Positions 55,916-64,000 of a DNA stretch of 64,000 nucleotides are shown here, piece by piece. The notes beneath the pieces were generated by a model. That model saw nothing but the letters and a program-made list of their open reading frames with translations. It had not been told where the DNA came from and searched no databases. Numbering within the stretch: the first letter of the stretch is position 1; every line of letters begins with the position of its first letter. A program made the position numbers and the translations under genes. Origin of the DNA: Fibrobacteria bacterium (lineage in GTDB: Bacteria; Fibrobacterota; Fibrobacteria; UBA11236); assembly GCA_043745805.1 (NCBI GenBank), contig JAYTSD010000029.1:16835-80834 (forward strand). The letters are read 5' to 3'.

Positions 55916-57958
55916 TTAGGCAATAAATTCTAAAGTGTTATAACCTAAACGTCGGCCAGTATCACCTTCAGATATGGATTCAGGCCCATTCCATAATGGT
56001 GTGTTTTGATTTGGGTGATTTTGTGAATGAGAATGCGGTAGGTTTTGATCTTGCGATCTATTTTCTTGTCCCCCATTATCTTCGCGAGGTAATAAATTCA
56101 CTGACACTTCTAAGTTTTGCATTGTAACACCTTGGTTACTCAAACTGTCTTTCAACTGTGAAAGATTTGCTTCCACTATTTTTTTAACATTTTCATTTTC
56201 AACACTAATTTTCGCATGCATTTGATCGTTTTGTTTTTCAATGGCTACATGTACTCGCCCCAACTGTTCAGGTCGTAATTGAATATGCACCTCATGTTGG
56301 GACTTCATCACCGCACCCAACATTTTACGCGCTATTTCTTGTACTATGGCGGTATCAGCTGTGTGCAAATGCGGCTGAACCAATTTTTCGAGCGATCCAG
56401 TTGCTGATTTATCTACACCACGAGCGCCGTCAAAAATTTGATTAAACTGAGATGTAATTTCTTCTTTATTATTTTTTACAATATTATTCAATACGTTATT
56501 ATTCGAAGCGGAAGCGCCATCGCGCGCCGAATTTTTTTCTTCTTGACCCGTTGATTTTTCTCGAACGAATTCCGCACGATTATTTGTATGGCGTTCAATA
56601 TTCATAGATAATGGCGTCACTTCATTTTTTTCATTATGCTTTACAAAATCGGTTTTAGCTCCCGTCTGTTTTATGCCTTGGGACATCAGAGCCATGGTCA
56701 TTTGAATCGCGTCTTGTTGGGATTGATCTGATTTTGGCAATGGCATGTCATTTTTTGGGGAATTATTTCTCATCGCCAATATTTGTGCTTGCGAAAGAGT
56801 ATTCGGCAAATTACCAGTTAAATTCGTTTCGTCTTTTTTGTTCCCAACATTTGCTAAAGTGTCTTTTTTATTTTTTTGATCTTCGATCACGGATTGCAAT
56901 AATTTTTGCAAATCTGGATCACTATTTAATTGTAAATCTTTATCATTTGACAAAAGTTTTTCTAAAACTTCGGGAATTTTTTTAATACCCATTTCTTTTT
57001 CAATTTTTTGTAACATCGCCTGCAAGGTATTTAGTTTTAAAGTAGGAGATAAAGCAATATCCTCTGAGGCGGGAATATTTTCGACAGAGATTTTTTTATT
57101 ATCTGGATTTAAGGGCAAATCCGAAATAGTCTTATTTAATTTTTCTGCATTTTTATCTTCGGGACTTAAACTTGGAGCAGGCATATCGACTTGGCTTTTA
57201 TCCAATCCGCCCTCTAAACTGTTTTTTAAATCAGCGCCATCATTAACCGTAACAACGAGTTTCAGTTTTTCATCCACATTCATAGCTTGCGACTTAACCT
57301 CATCCATACTGGCTTGCGGAGAACGATTTTGCATCCATGAATTCAACATAGTCAAAAAATCATTATAGGCTTTAGTCTCAATAGTTTTGAGCTTATTCGT
57401 TTCATCATCTTGGGAAATTTCTTTACCCGAAATATCATCATTTGGAGATTTAATTTTATCATGCTGTACATGCAAAAGTTTATTTTGAATGGATGCATCC
57501 GAAGGTGAATTAGGCAGACCATCATTTAAATTTTCTTTTGCATTTGTATCTTTATTTTGCAGTGCTAACTGATTTGCATCGCTGGTTTTTTCAAAATCAA
57601 AATCTTTAGTCTTGTCTTCACGATCTTGTTTGCTCGGTTCCTTAATTTTGACCGAGGTTAAATTTTTATTATTTATTCCCTCTTGATGCTCCAAATGATC
57701 CGTATTTTTATTGTTTACTCGGCTTTGATGCCTATCCAATTCTTTGGCTTTATGCAAAAATTGATTGAACTTTACAGCCTTTTCGGAATGACTTTGCGAG
57801 GACGTTTTAGCGAAAGATGCGGTTAACATATTTTCATTACTTTTACTTCTTTCGACATCTCCTTCACTATGTTGCAATTCATGTTTTTTATTTTGTGGTG
57901 CAGTTTTTTTCTCAGAAGAAGTTTTTTTTAATTCAATGATATCAGTAACTTGTGGCAT
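55916..57958 (-). CDS. fliK: Hook-length control protein FliK (680 aa)
   Basis: Long low-complexity N-terminus; IQLRPEQLGRVHV...LKDSLSNQG domain; position before flgD. Confidence 0.9.
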   Translation of the reverse strand: MPQVTDIIELKKTSSEKKTAPQNKKHELQHSEGDVERSKSNENMLTASFAKTSSQSHSEKAVKFNQFLHKAKELDRHQSRVNNKNTDHLEHQEGINNKNLTSVKIKEPSKQDREDKTKDFDFEKTSDANQLALQNKDTNAKENLNDGLPNSPSDASIQNKLLHVQHDKIKSPNDDISGKEISQDDETNKLKTIETKAYNDFLTMLNSWMQNRSPQASMDEVKSQAMNVDEKLKLVVTVNDGADLKNSLEGGLDKSQVDMPAPSLSPEDKNAEKLNKTISDLPLNPDNKKISVENIPASEDIALSPTLKLNTLQAMLQKIEKEMGIKKIPEVLEKLLSNDKDLQLNSDPDLQKLLQSVIEDQKNKKDTLANVGNKKDETNLTGNLPNTLSQAQILAMRNNSPKNDMPLPKSDQSQQDAIQMTMALMSQGIKQTGAKTDFVKHNEKNEVTPLSMNIERHTNNRAEFVREKSTGQEEKNSARDGASASNNNVLNNIVKNNKEEITSQFNQIFDGARGVDKSATGSLEKLVQPHLHTADTAIVQEIARKMLGAVMKSQHEVHIQLRPEQLGRVHVAIEKQNDQMHAKISVENENVKKIVEANLSQLKDSLSNQGVTMQNLEVSVNLLPREDNGGQENRSQDQNLPHSHSQNHPNQNTPLWNGPESISEGDTGRRLGYNTLEFIA

Positions 57959-57969
57959 ACATGTTCCTT

Positions 57970-58587
57970 CTAAGTTTTTTTCTTTTTCTCAGAAACCGAG
58001 GCGGTAGGATTATTACCTAAAAGTTCGGTAATTCGCGCAGCTCGCTTAACATTCAATGCGGAAATGGCTGCTAACATTTTTGAAGCGGCCCGCGTTTCGG
58101 GAACCTTACGTAAAATCTTTACCACTAGCTCATCGTCTAAACTCAATAAAATTGGTGCGGCTTCATCGGGCTTCATGCCACCGTATACTTCAGCTAAGGA
58201 AGCTATTTGCTTATCTTGTAAATCTCCACTCTTAGCCACCATTTCTTCAATTTTTGCACGTTGCTTAAGAATTTCTTCCTTATCGCGCATGGTTTCCATT
58301 TTAAGATTATCTAAGCGTTCTATTTCGCGATTTACTTCCGCGGCTTTATCCTTTAGTTCAAGCTCTTTAATTTCTAAGGCCTTATAAGCCTTCATTTGTT
58401 TTTCTTCCGCCGCATCTTGTTGTTCATTATGCGCAGGTCCCACATCTTTAGGAATAAAACTTTCCATTTCTTTGGGTGGACCAAATTCCAAACGCACCAC
58501 ACCGGTAGCCAACATGATACCCAAAAGCACCACCGGAAAAAGGCAAAGTGATATGAGGGATATTCCAATTAAATCTTTAAATTTCAT
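57970..58587 (-). CDS. motE: MotE/YlxF (MgtE-N-like) flagellar protein
   Basis: TM, coiled coil, LAEVYGGMKPDEAAPIL. ATG at 58587; the track start lies inside the sigma54 promoter. Confidence 0.75.
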   Translation of the reverse strand: MKFKDLIGISLISLCLFPVVLLGIMLATGVVRLEFGPPKEMESFIPKDVGPAHNEQQDAAEEKQMKAYKALEIKELELKDKAAEVNREIERLDNLKMETMRDKEEILKQRAKIEEMVAKSGDLQDKQIASLAEVYGGMKPDEAAPILLSLDDELVVKILRKVPETRAASKMLAAISALNVKRAARITELLGNNPTASVSEKKKKT

Positions 58588-58615
58588 AATATATTCATCC
58601 GAATAATGATGATAC

Positions 58616-58632
58616 TGCAATGGGCGTGCCAA
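58616..58632 (-). promoter_or_regulatory. sigma54 promoter of the flagellar operon
   Basis: Minus strand TTGGCACGCCCATTGCA, near-consensus -24/-12. Confidence 0.85.
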
Positions 58633-58766
58633 ATGAATAAAAGCATTAGTTCGCGTAATTCTTTAAAGATTAAGGTTCGACTCCAATAGCCTGGGGCAGA
58701 ACTTGCAGTCTTATAAAATGAGGAAGGGCAAAAAATACCGAGTTAAGAAATTACTTTAACTTTAAA

Positions 58767-59432
58767 TTAACCCGCTTTAATCCGCTTAAACCATAGAGAG
58801 CTTTGTAATAAACCCTGATAATAAAAGGTTTGCGATTTTAAGGTATATCCCACATTTTCTAAATAGGGTTGAGCATCGACAAGTTTGCGCACAGGTAACT
58901 TAGCGGTTAATCCAAAAAAAGCATATAAGCCTTTAATGCATAATTGAGCATATAAACGTTTCCAGCTCCGTGCCGGAATATGAAAATCCGCATAGAGCCA
59001 TAGACAGTCAGATGCAGAGGCCTTAGCTAAAATCGGCATTAATTTTTGCAGTCCCACTTTATCCAAACAATCCAAAAAGAAATGCGTGACCAGTAAATCG
59101 TATTTTTCATTTTCAAAAACATAATCTTCGACACGTTTAGTTATGAAATTAACCCGCGCCTGCAATGCGGCAGGTAAAAGCTTCAAACGTCTTTGCGCTA
59201 ACTCCAGCATTTTTGGGCTGGCATCCAAACAATCCACGGAAGCCTCAGGATAACGATTCAATAAAGCCGCTAAAAAACGGCCATCTCCTTCGCCGATAAT
59301 TAACACCTGTCGAGGAGAATTTAAATCCGGTAAATATTTAAAGCGGCATTTTTCCAGTGTTTCACCAAAAGCCAAATATTCGAGCTTAGCATAATAAGGT
59401 GCAATGAAATCGAAATTCACATCCGATTCCAA
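58767..59432 (-). CDS. Class I SAM-dependent methyltransferase
   Basis: NFDFIAPYY, VLIIGEGDGRF, LDASPKML, THFFLDC. Confidence 0.88.
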   Translation of the reverse strand: MESDVNFDFIAPYYAKLEYLAFGETLEKCRFKYLPDLNSPRQVLIIGEGDGRFLAALLNRYPEASVDCLDASPKMLELAQRRLKLLPAALQARVNFITKRVEDYVFENEKYDLLVTHFFLDCLDKVGLQKLMPILAKASASDCLWLYADFHIPARSWKRLYAQLCIKGLYAFFGLTAKLPVRKLVDAQPYLENVGYTLKSQTFYYQGLLQSSLWFKRIKAG

Positions 59433-60280
59433 AAAGGAAAGAACAATAGAGGTGTTAATAAAACCAAATCCGCCAAAGCTGTTTTATAATGGGTAGCTAA
59501 ACGGTTACCTAAGGAATCCAATAAAACCAATAATAAAGCGCTCAAAGAAATGGCTTGGAAAAGCGGAATAACATGCTGAAGGCGCATCAAGTCGGCGCTC
59601 ACATAACCCGCAAAAGCCATGGAGGCAAAAGGGAAAATCGTATTTGCTTGCGGTAAACAAGTCGCTAACGATATTTGCCCTTGCTTCTCATCCCAGGTTT
59701 TTTCCCATTTGGCTATGGCCCAACAATTCAAAAAGCATAAAGCGGCGAATCCAATTACCGGCAATAATTTATAAGGGCCGCCGATTAATGGCTGTGAAAG
59801 CGCGAAAAGCACGGTTCCCCAAGCAAAAAGTATGGCAACAGCAATTTCTTTAATCGGTAAACGAATCGACCATTTTGCCAAAGCTTGTGACAGTAACAAA
59901 TAAGTTACTACGACTAACATCAAAGGCAAACCTGCACGCCATTGTGCCAGAGATAAATAGCGATACGCCAAATAAACTGTAAAGGGTAAAGTGAAACCGA
60001 TAAGCAATGGCGTTAACCAAGGACGTCTTTTTTGAAAACGATGCCGTAAAGAACAATCCAAGGATGATTTTATTTCCCGCGCATCCATCCAACGATCTGC
60101 GCAATAAGCCATCCATACCGAAAGCCCCAATATAGCGCGCTCAAACCAGGGCAAATGAATGCCATGGCAACGCGCTAAAGCTTCCTGCCATGCTAAAGCT
60201 ACGGCAGGAGCATCTAAACAGAGAATATTGGGAAGCAAAAAAAGTAAAGGGAAAGAAAAATTTTGCTTAGATTTTTGCAA
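59417..60280 (-). CDS. UbiA-like integral membrane protein
   Basis: LDAP.VA..WQ, Y.ADR..D, KE, WE...DEKQG; multiple TM. Confidence 0.55.
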   Translation of the reverse strand: MQKSKQNFSFPLLFLLPNILCLDAPAVALAWQEALARCHGIHLPWFERAILGLSVWMAYCADRWMDAREIKSSLDCSLRHRFQKRRPWLTPLLIGFTLPFTVYLAYRYLSLAQWRAGLPLMLVVVTYLLLSQALAKWSIRLPIKEIAVAILFAWGTVLFALSQPLIGGPYKLLPVIGFAALCFLNCWAIAKWEKTWDEKQGQISLATCLPQANTIFPFASMAFAGYVSADLMRLQHVIPLFQAISLSALLLVLLDSLGNRLATHYKTALADLVLLTPLLFFPFWNRM

Positions 60281-60312
60281 AATTAATTCCTTCCCGCATG
60301 CACATTTAGGAT

Positions 60313-61464
60313 TTATTTCTGATGCTTATAAAGCATGATTCCCGAAAGAATTTTCGGGGCGAAGAAAGTGGATTTTTCCGGCATTACAATTTCCGGATTT
60401 TTCAAACCCGCATTGGCAACCGCCATCAATTCGTCAATCCATACCGGATTCAAAGCGACAGCCAAATCGTATTCGCCTTTATCTACAAGCTCTTGCATAG
60501 TCGCTAAATCGGATTCGGGATAATAATCGAAATATTGCTTTTGCAAAATCATACTATGTTCCACGCCTAAGAGCGGATACACTTCTTTTTCCAAAATGGA
60601 GCAATCTAATTTACCCACTACATCTTCAGGAATTTTATCGGCGCGCATAAGGTAACATCCCTGTTTAGTATAAAAACAAAAATGGTGCTTACCTGGAGTT
60701 TGGAAAGATTCGCAAGGCATTAAACGTAATTTGGATTGAATATCCGCAAATTTTACTTTGCCATTAATCACCCGATTATAAGCTTGAATGGCCGCATTCT
60801 GCACAATGTACGCCATCGCATGGGTTTGCTTATTGAGCAAGGCCGCATGATAGCGATGATGACCATCGGCTATATACAAAGCATTTTGAGCCGCGGCCGC
60901 TTTAAGTGCGAGACCTTCGTCAGATTTTTCGGGTACACGAAATACTCGACTATGAATGCCATCCAAGTCATTATAGCCACCAAAATCACTTTTGAAATCA
61001 TATTCCGGCGTATATTTTTCTTTAACTTTTTTAAAAGTTTCTTCCAGCGGTGAACGCGTCAATAAAAATATTGGCTCTAAAGTATAGCCCGTATCATTGG
61101 TAACTTTTAATCGTCCCTTTACTTTTTCATCAAAAGTTTTTTCATGACGAATAATATTGCCTTCAGCATATTCACTCACGGCTACTGCTGCAAAAAATCC
61201 TGTGCGATGACGACCATTCCAATTCTGTTCATACACATAAAAGCAAGGATCATTATCCTTCAACAAAATATTGCGCTTTTGCAAATCGAATAAAGCCTCA
61301 ACGGGATGTTCGCCTAATGTCACATGGAAAAACGAATCGGGATTTTTATTTAAAATCGCTTCTAGCGGTGAACCTTCTTTAATCACATCATAGGGAGGTG
61401 TGGTTAAAGCTTGAATTTTGTCTTTCGCCGCGCGTAAGCCCGTCAATCCCTTGATATCGGCCAT
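60313..61464 (-). CDS. DUF1015-family protein (ParB/Srx-like)
   Basis: PPYDVI, RHEKT, YIADGHHRY, MPEKSTFF.PK..SG. Confidence 0.9.
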   Translation of the reverse strand: MADIKGLTGLRAAKDKIQALTTPPYDVIKEGSPLEAILNKNPDSFFHVTLGEHPVEALFDLQKRNILLKDNDPCFYVYEQNWNGRHRTGFFAAVAVSEYAEGNIIRHEKTFDEKVKGRLKVTNDTGYTLEPIFLLTRSPLEETFKKVKEKYTPEYDFKSDFGGYNDLDGIHSRVFRVPEKSDEGLALKAAAAQNALYIADGHHRYHAALLNKQTHAMAYIVQNAAIQAYNRVINGKVKFADIQSKLRLMPCESFQTPGKHHFCFYTKQGCYLMRADKIPEDVVGKLDCSILEKEVYPLLGVEHSMILQKQYFDYYPESDLATMQELVDKGEYDLAVALNPVWIDELMAVANAGLKNPEIVMPEKSTFFAPKILSGIMLYKHQK

Positions 61465-61622
61465 GATTTACCCTTTTCAAAAGTTAAAACCGTAAAATTA
61501 ACATATTCCGCCCAAGATGGTCTTATTTGAGGACAGATTTGCTTTTCAAAATCGGGATATACCAAACTAGGGGGTGAAAAAGGGTTGTTTTCTACAGAAT
61601 TATGGCTAATTTTCCGCACCTT

Positions 61623-61695
61623 GCCGCTTTAGCTCAGTTGGTAGAGCGACTCATTCGTAATGAGTAGGTCATCGGTTCAATTCCGGTAAGCGGCT
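61623..61695 (+). tRNA. tRNA-Thr(CGT)
   Basis: Acceptor GCCGCTT/AAGCGGC, D-arm AGCTCAGTTGGTAGAGC, anticodon loop TTCGTAA, GGTTCAATTCC; CCA not encoded. Confidence 0.96.
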
Positions 61696-61760
61696 TATTT
61701 ACTCCCAATAAAATCAATGATACTGGTATAGGTAACTTTAAGGTTAATCTATTTCTAATA

Positions 61761-62084
61761 GGGGAAAGTCTCCCCCTTCGACACTTCGATTTTACTCAGT
61801 TCGGCGCAATACTCAGGGGTCATCTAGCTGTGAATTTCAATTTTCAACAGGACATTGAGCTTGTCGAAATGACCTGTTGAAATACCCCAATGAAAATTTG
61901 GCGATCCTCCGCTACCCTCTCGAAGTAAAAATGCACATTCATCATTTAGCGACAACCAATACTCCTACTCCACATTAAAATCTCACCTGCCTATTCTTCC
62001 CTTCACTGAACGGGCAATTTCAAACATGGGTGGAAGAACATTACAATGCCGACAGCTTGATACTAATCCAGAGCCTACCGAAGG
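61761..62084. repeat. Degenerate REP-like palindromic elements (CTTCGACAAGCTCAG type)
   Basis: Nested CCCTTCGACACTTCGA..ACTCAGT...ACTCAGGGG; stem TTTCAACAGG-ACATTGAGCTTGTCGAAATGA-CCTGTTGAAA; CCAGAGCCTACCGAAGG. Confidence 0.55.
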
Positions 62085-62261
62085 CATTCAAACGAATTTT
62101 GAAAAAAAATATCGTCTTGCTGATATATCTATATATCGGATGGTTTTTGAAATTGAACCGGAGTGGTGAATAGTTAACGAAAACTTTAATCCAATTCATG
62201 ACTGTGAAAAGGATATTGGTTTACCTATAATCCAATCATCTGTTTTCAATGTTAGGCTACT

Positions 62262-63767
62262 ATGTCGATAATAAATTCATTAAGAAAAATGAATGTCCGT
62301 CCCCAAAGCGATTCGTTACTCACCAAAAGTGAGAGGTTAAAATCAAGCGTCTTAAAAACATCCATCTTAGCAATAATTGCAATTGGCCTATTAATACGGA
62401 TTATCCAATACCTAGTCAATCGCTCCATTTGGTTAGACGAAGCAATGCTCGCCTTAAATATTATGGAAAAAAATGTTTTCCAACTTTTTGGTCCTTTGGA
62501 CAGAGATCAAGCAGCCCCCTATTTATTTCTTTTAGTAGAAAAAATATTATCCATTTTATTTGGTTCTTCCGAATTTGTACTCCGGTTTTTTCCTTTGCTA
62601 TCCTCAATTACTGCTTTAATAACATTTGTTTTTATTGCTAATAGGCTTTTTGAAGCCAAGTACAGCTTAATTCCCATATTACTATTTTGCTTTTCCTCGA
62701 AATTGATTTACTATGCACAGGAAGTAAAACCATACTCTTCCGATGTGGCGACGGCGTTAATTTTATTTGTCGCTTACCTTCGATTTGGTTCGGAAATAAA
62801 TATCAAAAAGAAAAATATTTTTATTTTAAGTGTATTAGGAGTTTTTGCACTTTGGTTTTCATACCCAGCTATGTTTGTCTTAGGAGGCATTGGAGGAGCC
62901 ATGCTCATAGAGCAGTTCATTACTTCCGACAAAAAAAATATAAAGCCCCTTTTGATCATTTTATTTGTCTGGACTATTAACATTATCGTTCTTTATTTTT
63001 TGCAGTTTAAATCCGTTTCAAATAATGAACGTCTTTCTAAGTTTTGGGATGAAGGCTTTTTACACTTTCCTTTAAATTTAGATAACCTGCTTATTCGATT
63101 CTTTCAATATTCCGATTTTGGATATCCAATTGTTTGGCTAGTCGGATTTTTTGTTTTGATTGGAATTGCAGATATTTTCTTAAAAAAACATTTTCAATAT
63201 TTGCCTTTGATTTTTACATTCTGCTTACTTTTATTTTTTGCCGCTTTACATAAATATCCCTTTTCCGATCGCTGCATTCTTTTCGCCATGCCCTTTTTAT
63301 ATCTATTAATTGGAATTGGAATAGTAGCTACCGTAACAAATAAACATTACATTTATTTAATAATCCTTGCGCCCATCATCTGCTTTCCCTTCTTACAAAA
63401 CGCATATGCAGGAGTGAGGGAGCCTATTTTAAGAGAGGAGATTAGGCCTCTAATCTATACCCTAAATAAAGAAAAGAAAAAAGATGATATTACTTATGTT
63501 TACTATGGAGCCTATTGGGCATTTAAATATTATCAAGAATTATTAAATCTGGATGATAAAGGTTTGCTTCGTGGTTTAGAGCGACGAGGCGACACAGCTT
63601 CACTGAAGCTCACAGCTCAAAAAATTTCCGAACATCCCAGAGCTTGGCTGCTCTTTACCCATACAATGCCAGGCGAGGATATTTTTATTCTTCAACATCT
63701 TAAAGGAAAATGCGAACAACATTTCACTACAAATGGGGCGGATTTGTATTTATGCGTTTCGCAGTGA
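62262..63767 (+). CDS. GT-C (PMT_2/GT39-like) membrane glycosyltransferase
   Basis: RSIWLDEA, G.SEFVLRF, IYYAQEVKPYS, YPF..R. Confidence 0.85.
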   Translation: MSIINSLRKMNVRPQSDSLLTKSERLKSSVLKTSILAIIAIGLLIRIIQYLVNRSIWLDEAMLALNIMEKNVFQLFGPLDRDQAAPYLFLLVEKILSILFGSSEFVLRFFPLLSSITALITFVFIANRLFEAKYSLIPILLFCFSSKLIYYAQEVKPYSSDVATALILFVAYLRFGSEINIKKKNIFILSVLGVFALWFSYPAMFVLGGIGGAMLIEQFITSDKKNIKPLLIILFVWTINIIVLYFLQFKSVSNNERLSKFWDEGFLHFPLNLDNLLIRFFQYSDFGYPIVWLVGFFVLIGIADIFLKKHFQYLPLIFTFCLLLFFAALHKYPFSDRCILFAMPFLYLLIGIGIVATVTNKHYIYLIILAPIICFPFLQNAYAGVREPILREEIRPLIYTLNKEKKKDDITYVYYGAYWAFKYYQELLNLDDKGLLRGLERRGDTASLKLTAQKISEHPRAWLLFTHTMPGEDIFILQHLKGKCEQHFTTNGADLYLCVSQ

Positions 63768-64000
63768 TCTTACTTTCACGCTAGTTCGAGTTAACATCTA
63801 TGAACAGCCCTTACTTGCCATGGCTAGCTGTCCCCAGCCGCATTGTGGTCATACGGGCGGGGTTTTCACACCGAATTAGCTCTGTATATTCCCCCATCCT
63901 TCCGACGCAGCATTTCGGCACAATTTACCTTTACCGCCCATGTTATTCATTCCTCTCCTTCAATGGCCATTTATCCTTGCCCGTCTCAAAATCCGTTCTT

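Noticed and set aside
62251-62257. GTTAGGC integron-like core site just before the GT-C start codon
   Set aside because: No matching RYYYAAC/attC hairpin upstream or after the gene, and no integron integrase in the window.

Overview
AT-rich bacterial chromosomal segment. A Fibrobacterota-like affiliation is an inference from gene style (tandem-GntR regulator, PEGA protein, tamB-tamA) and was not tested. From left to right it holds: a partial tandem-wHTH GntR regulator; a sulfate ABC operon (sbp-cysT-cysW-cysA plus a YdeN hydrolase); DAHP synthase; tRNA-Ser(CGA) followed by an AbrB/RelE-like toxin-antitoxin pair; tamB-tamA; nadD; MarR; a Panacea(DUF4065)/RelE-like TA pair; an acyltransferase-3; an S8 protease; an FkbH-ACP-MaoC-SDR operon facing a GSCFA/SGNH protein whose nucleophile position is Cys; an orphan ParA; a MurA with the chlamydial/actinobacterial-type insert; yjfB; sodC; yceI; xth; a ~20 kb minus-strand flagellar cluster (motE to fliA, then HDOD and a histidine kinase) with two sigma54 promoters but no motAB or flhG; a DUF1015/UbiA-like/methyltransferase run; tRNA-Thr(CGT) with REP-like remnants; and a GT-C glycosyltransferase. 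The best candidate for an undescribed system is the MBOAT-less glyceryl/lactyl-ACP module paired with the Cys-variant GSCFA protein. No CRISPR array, rRNA or intact mobile element was seen. All family calls come from motif recognition, not database searches.
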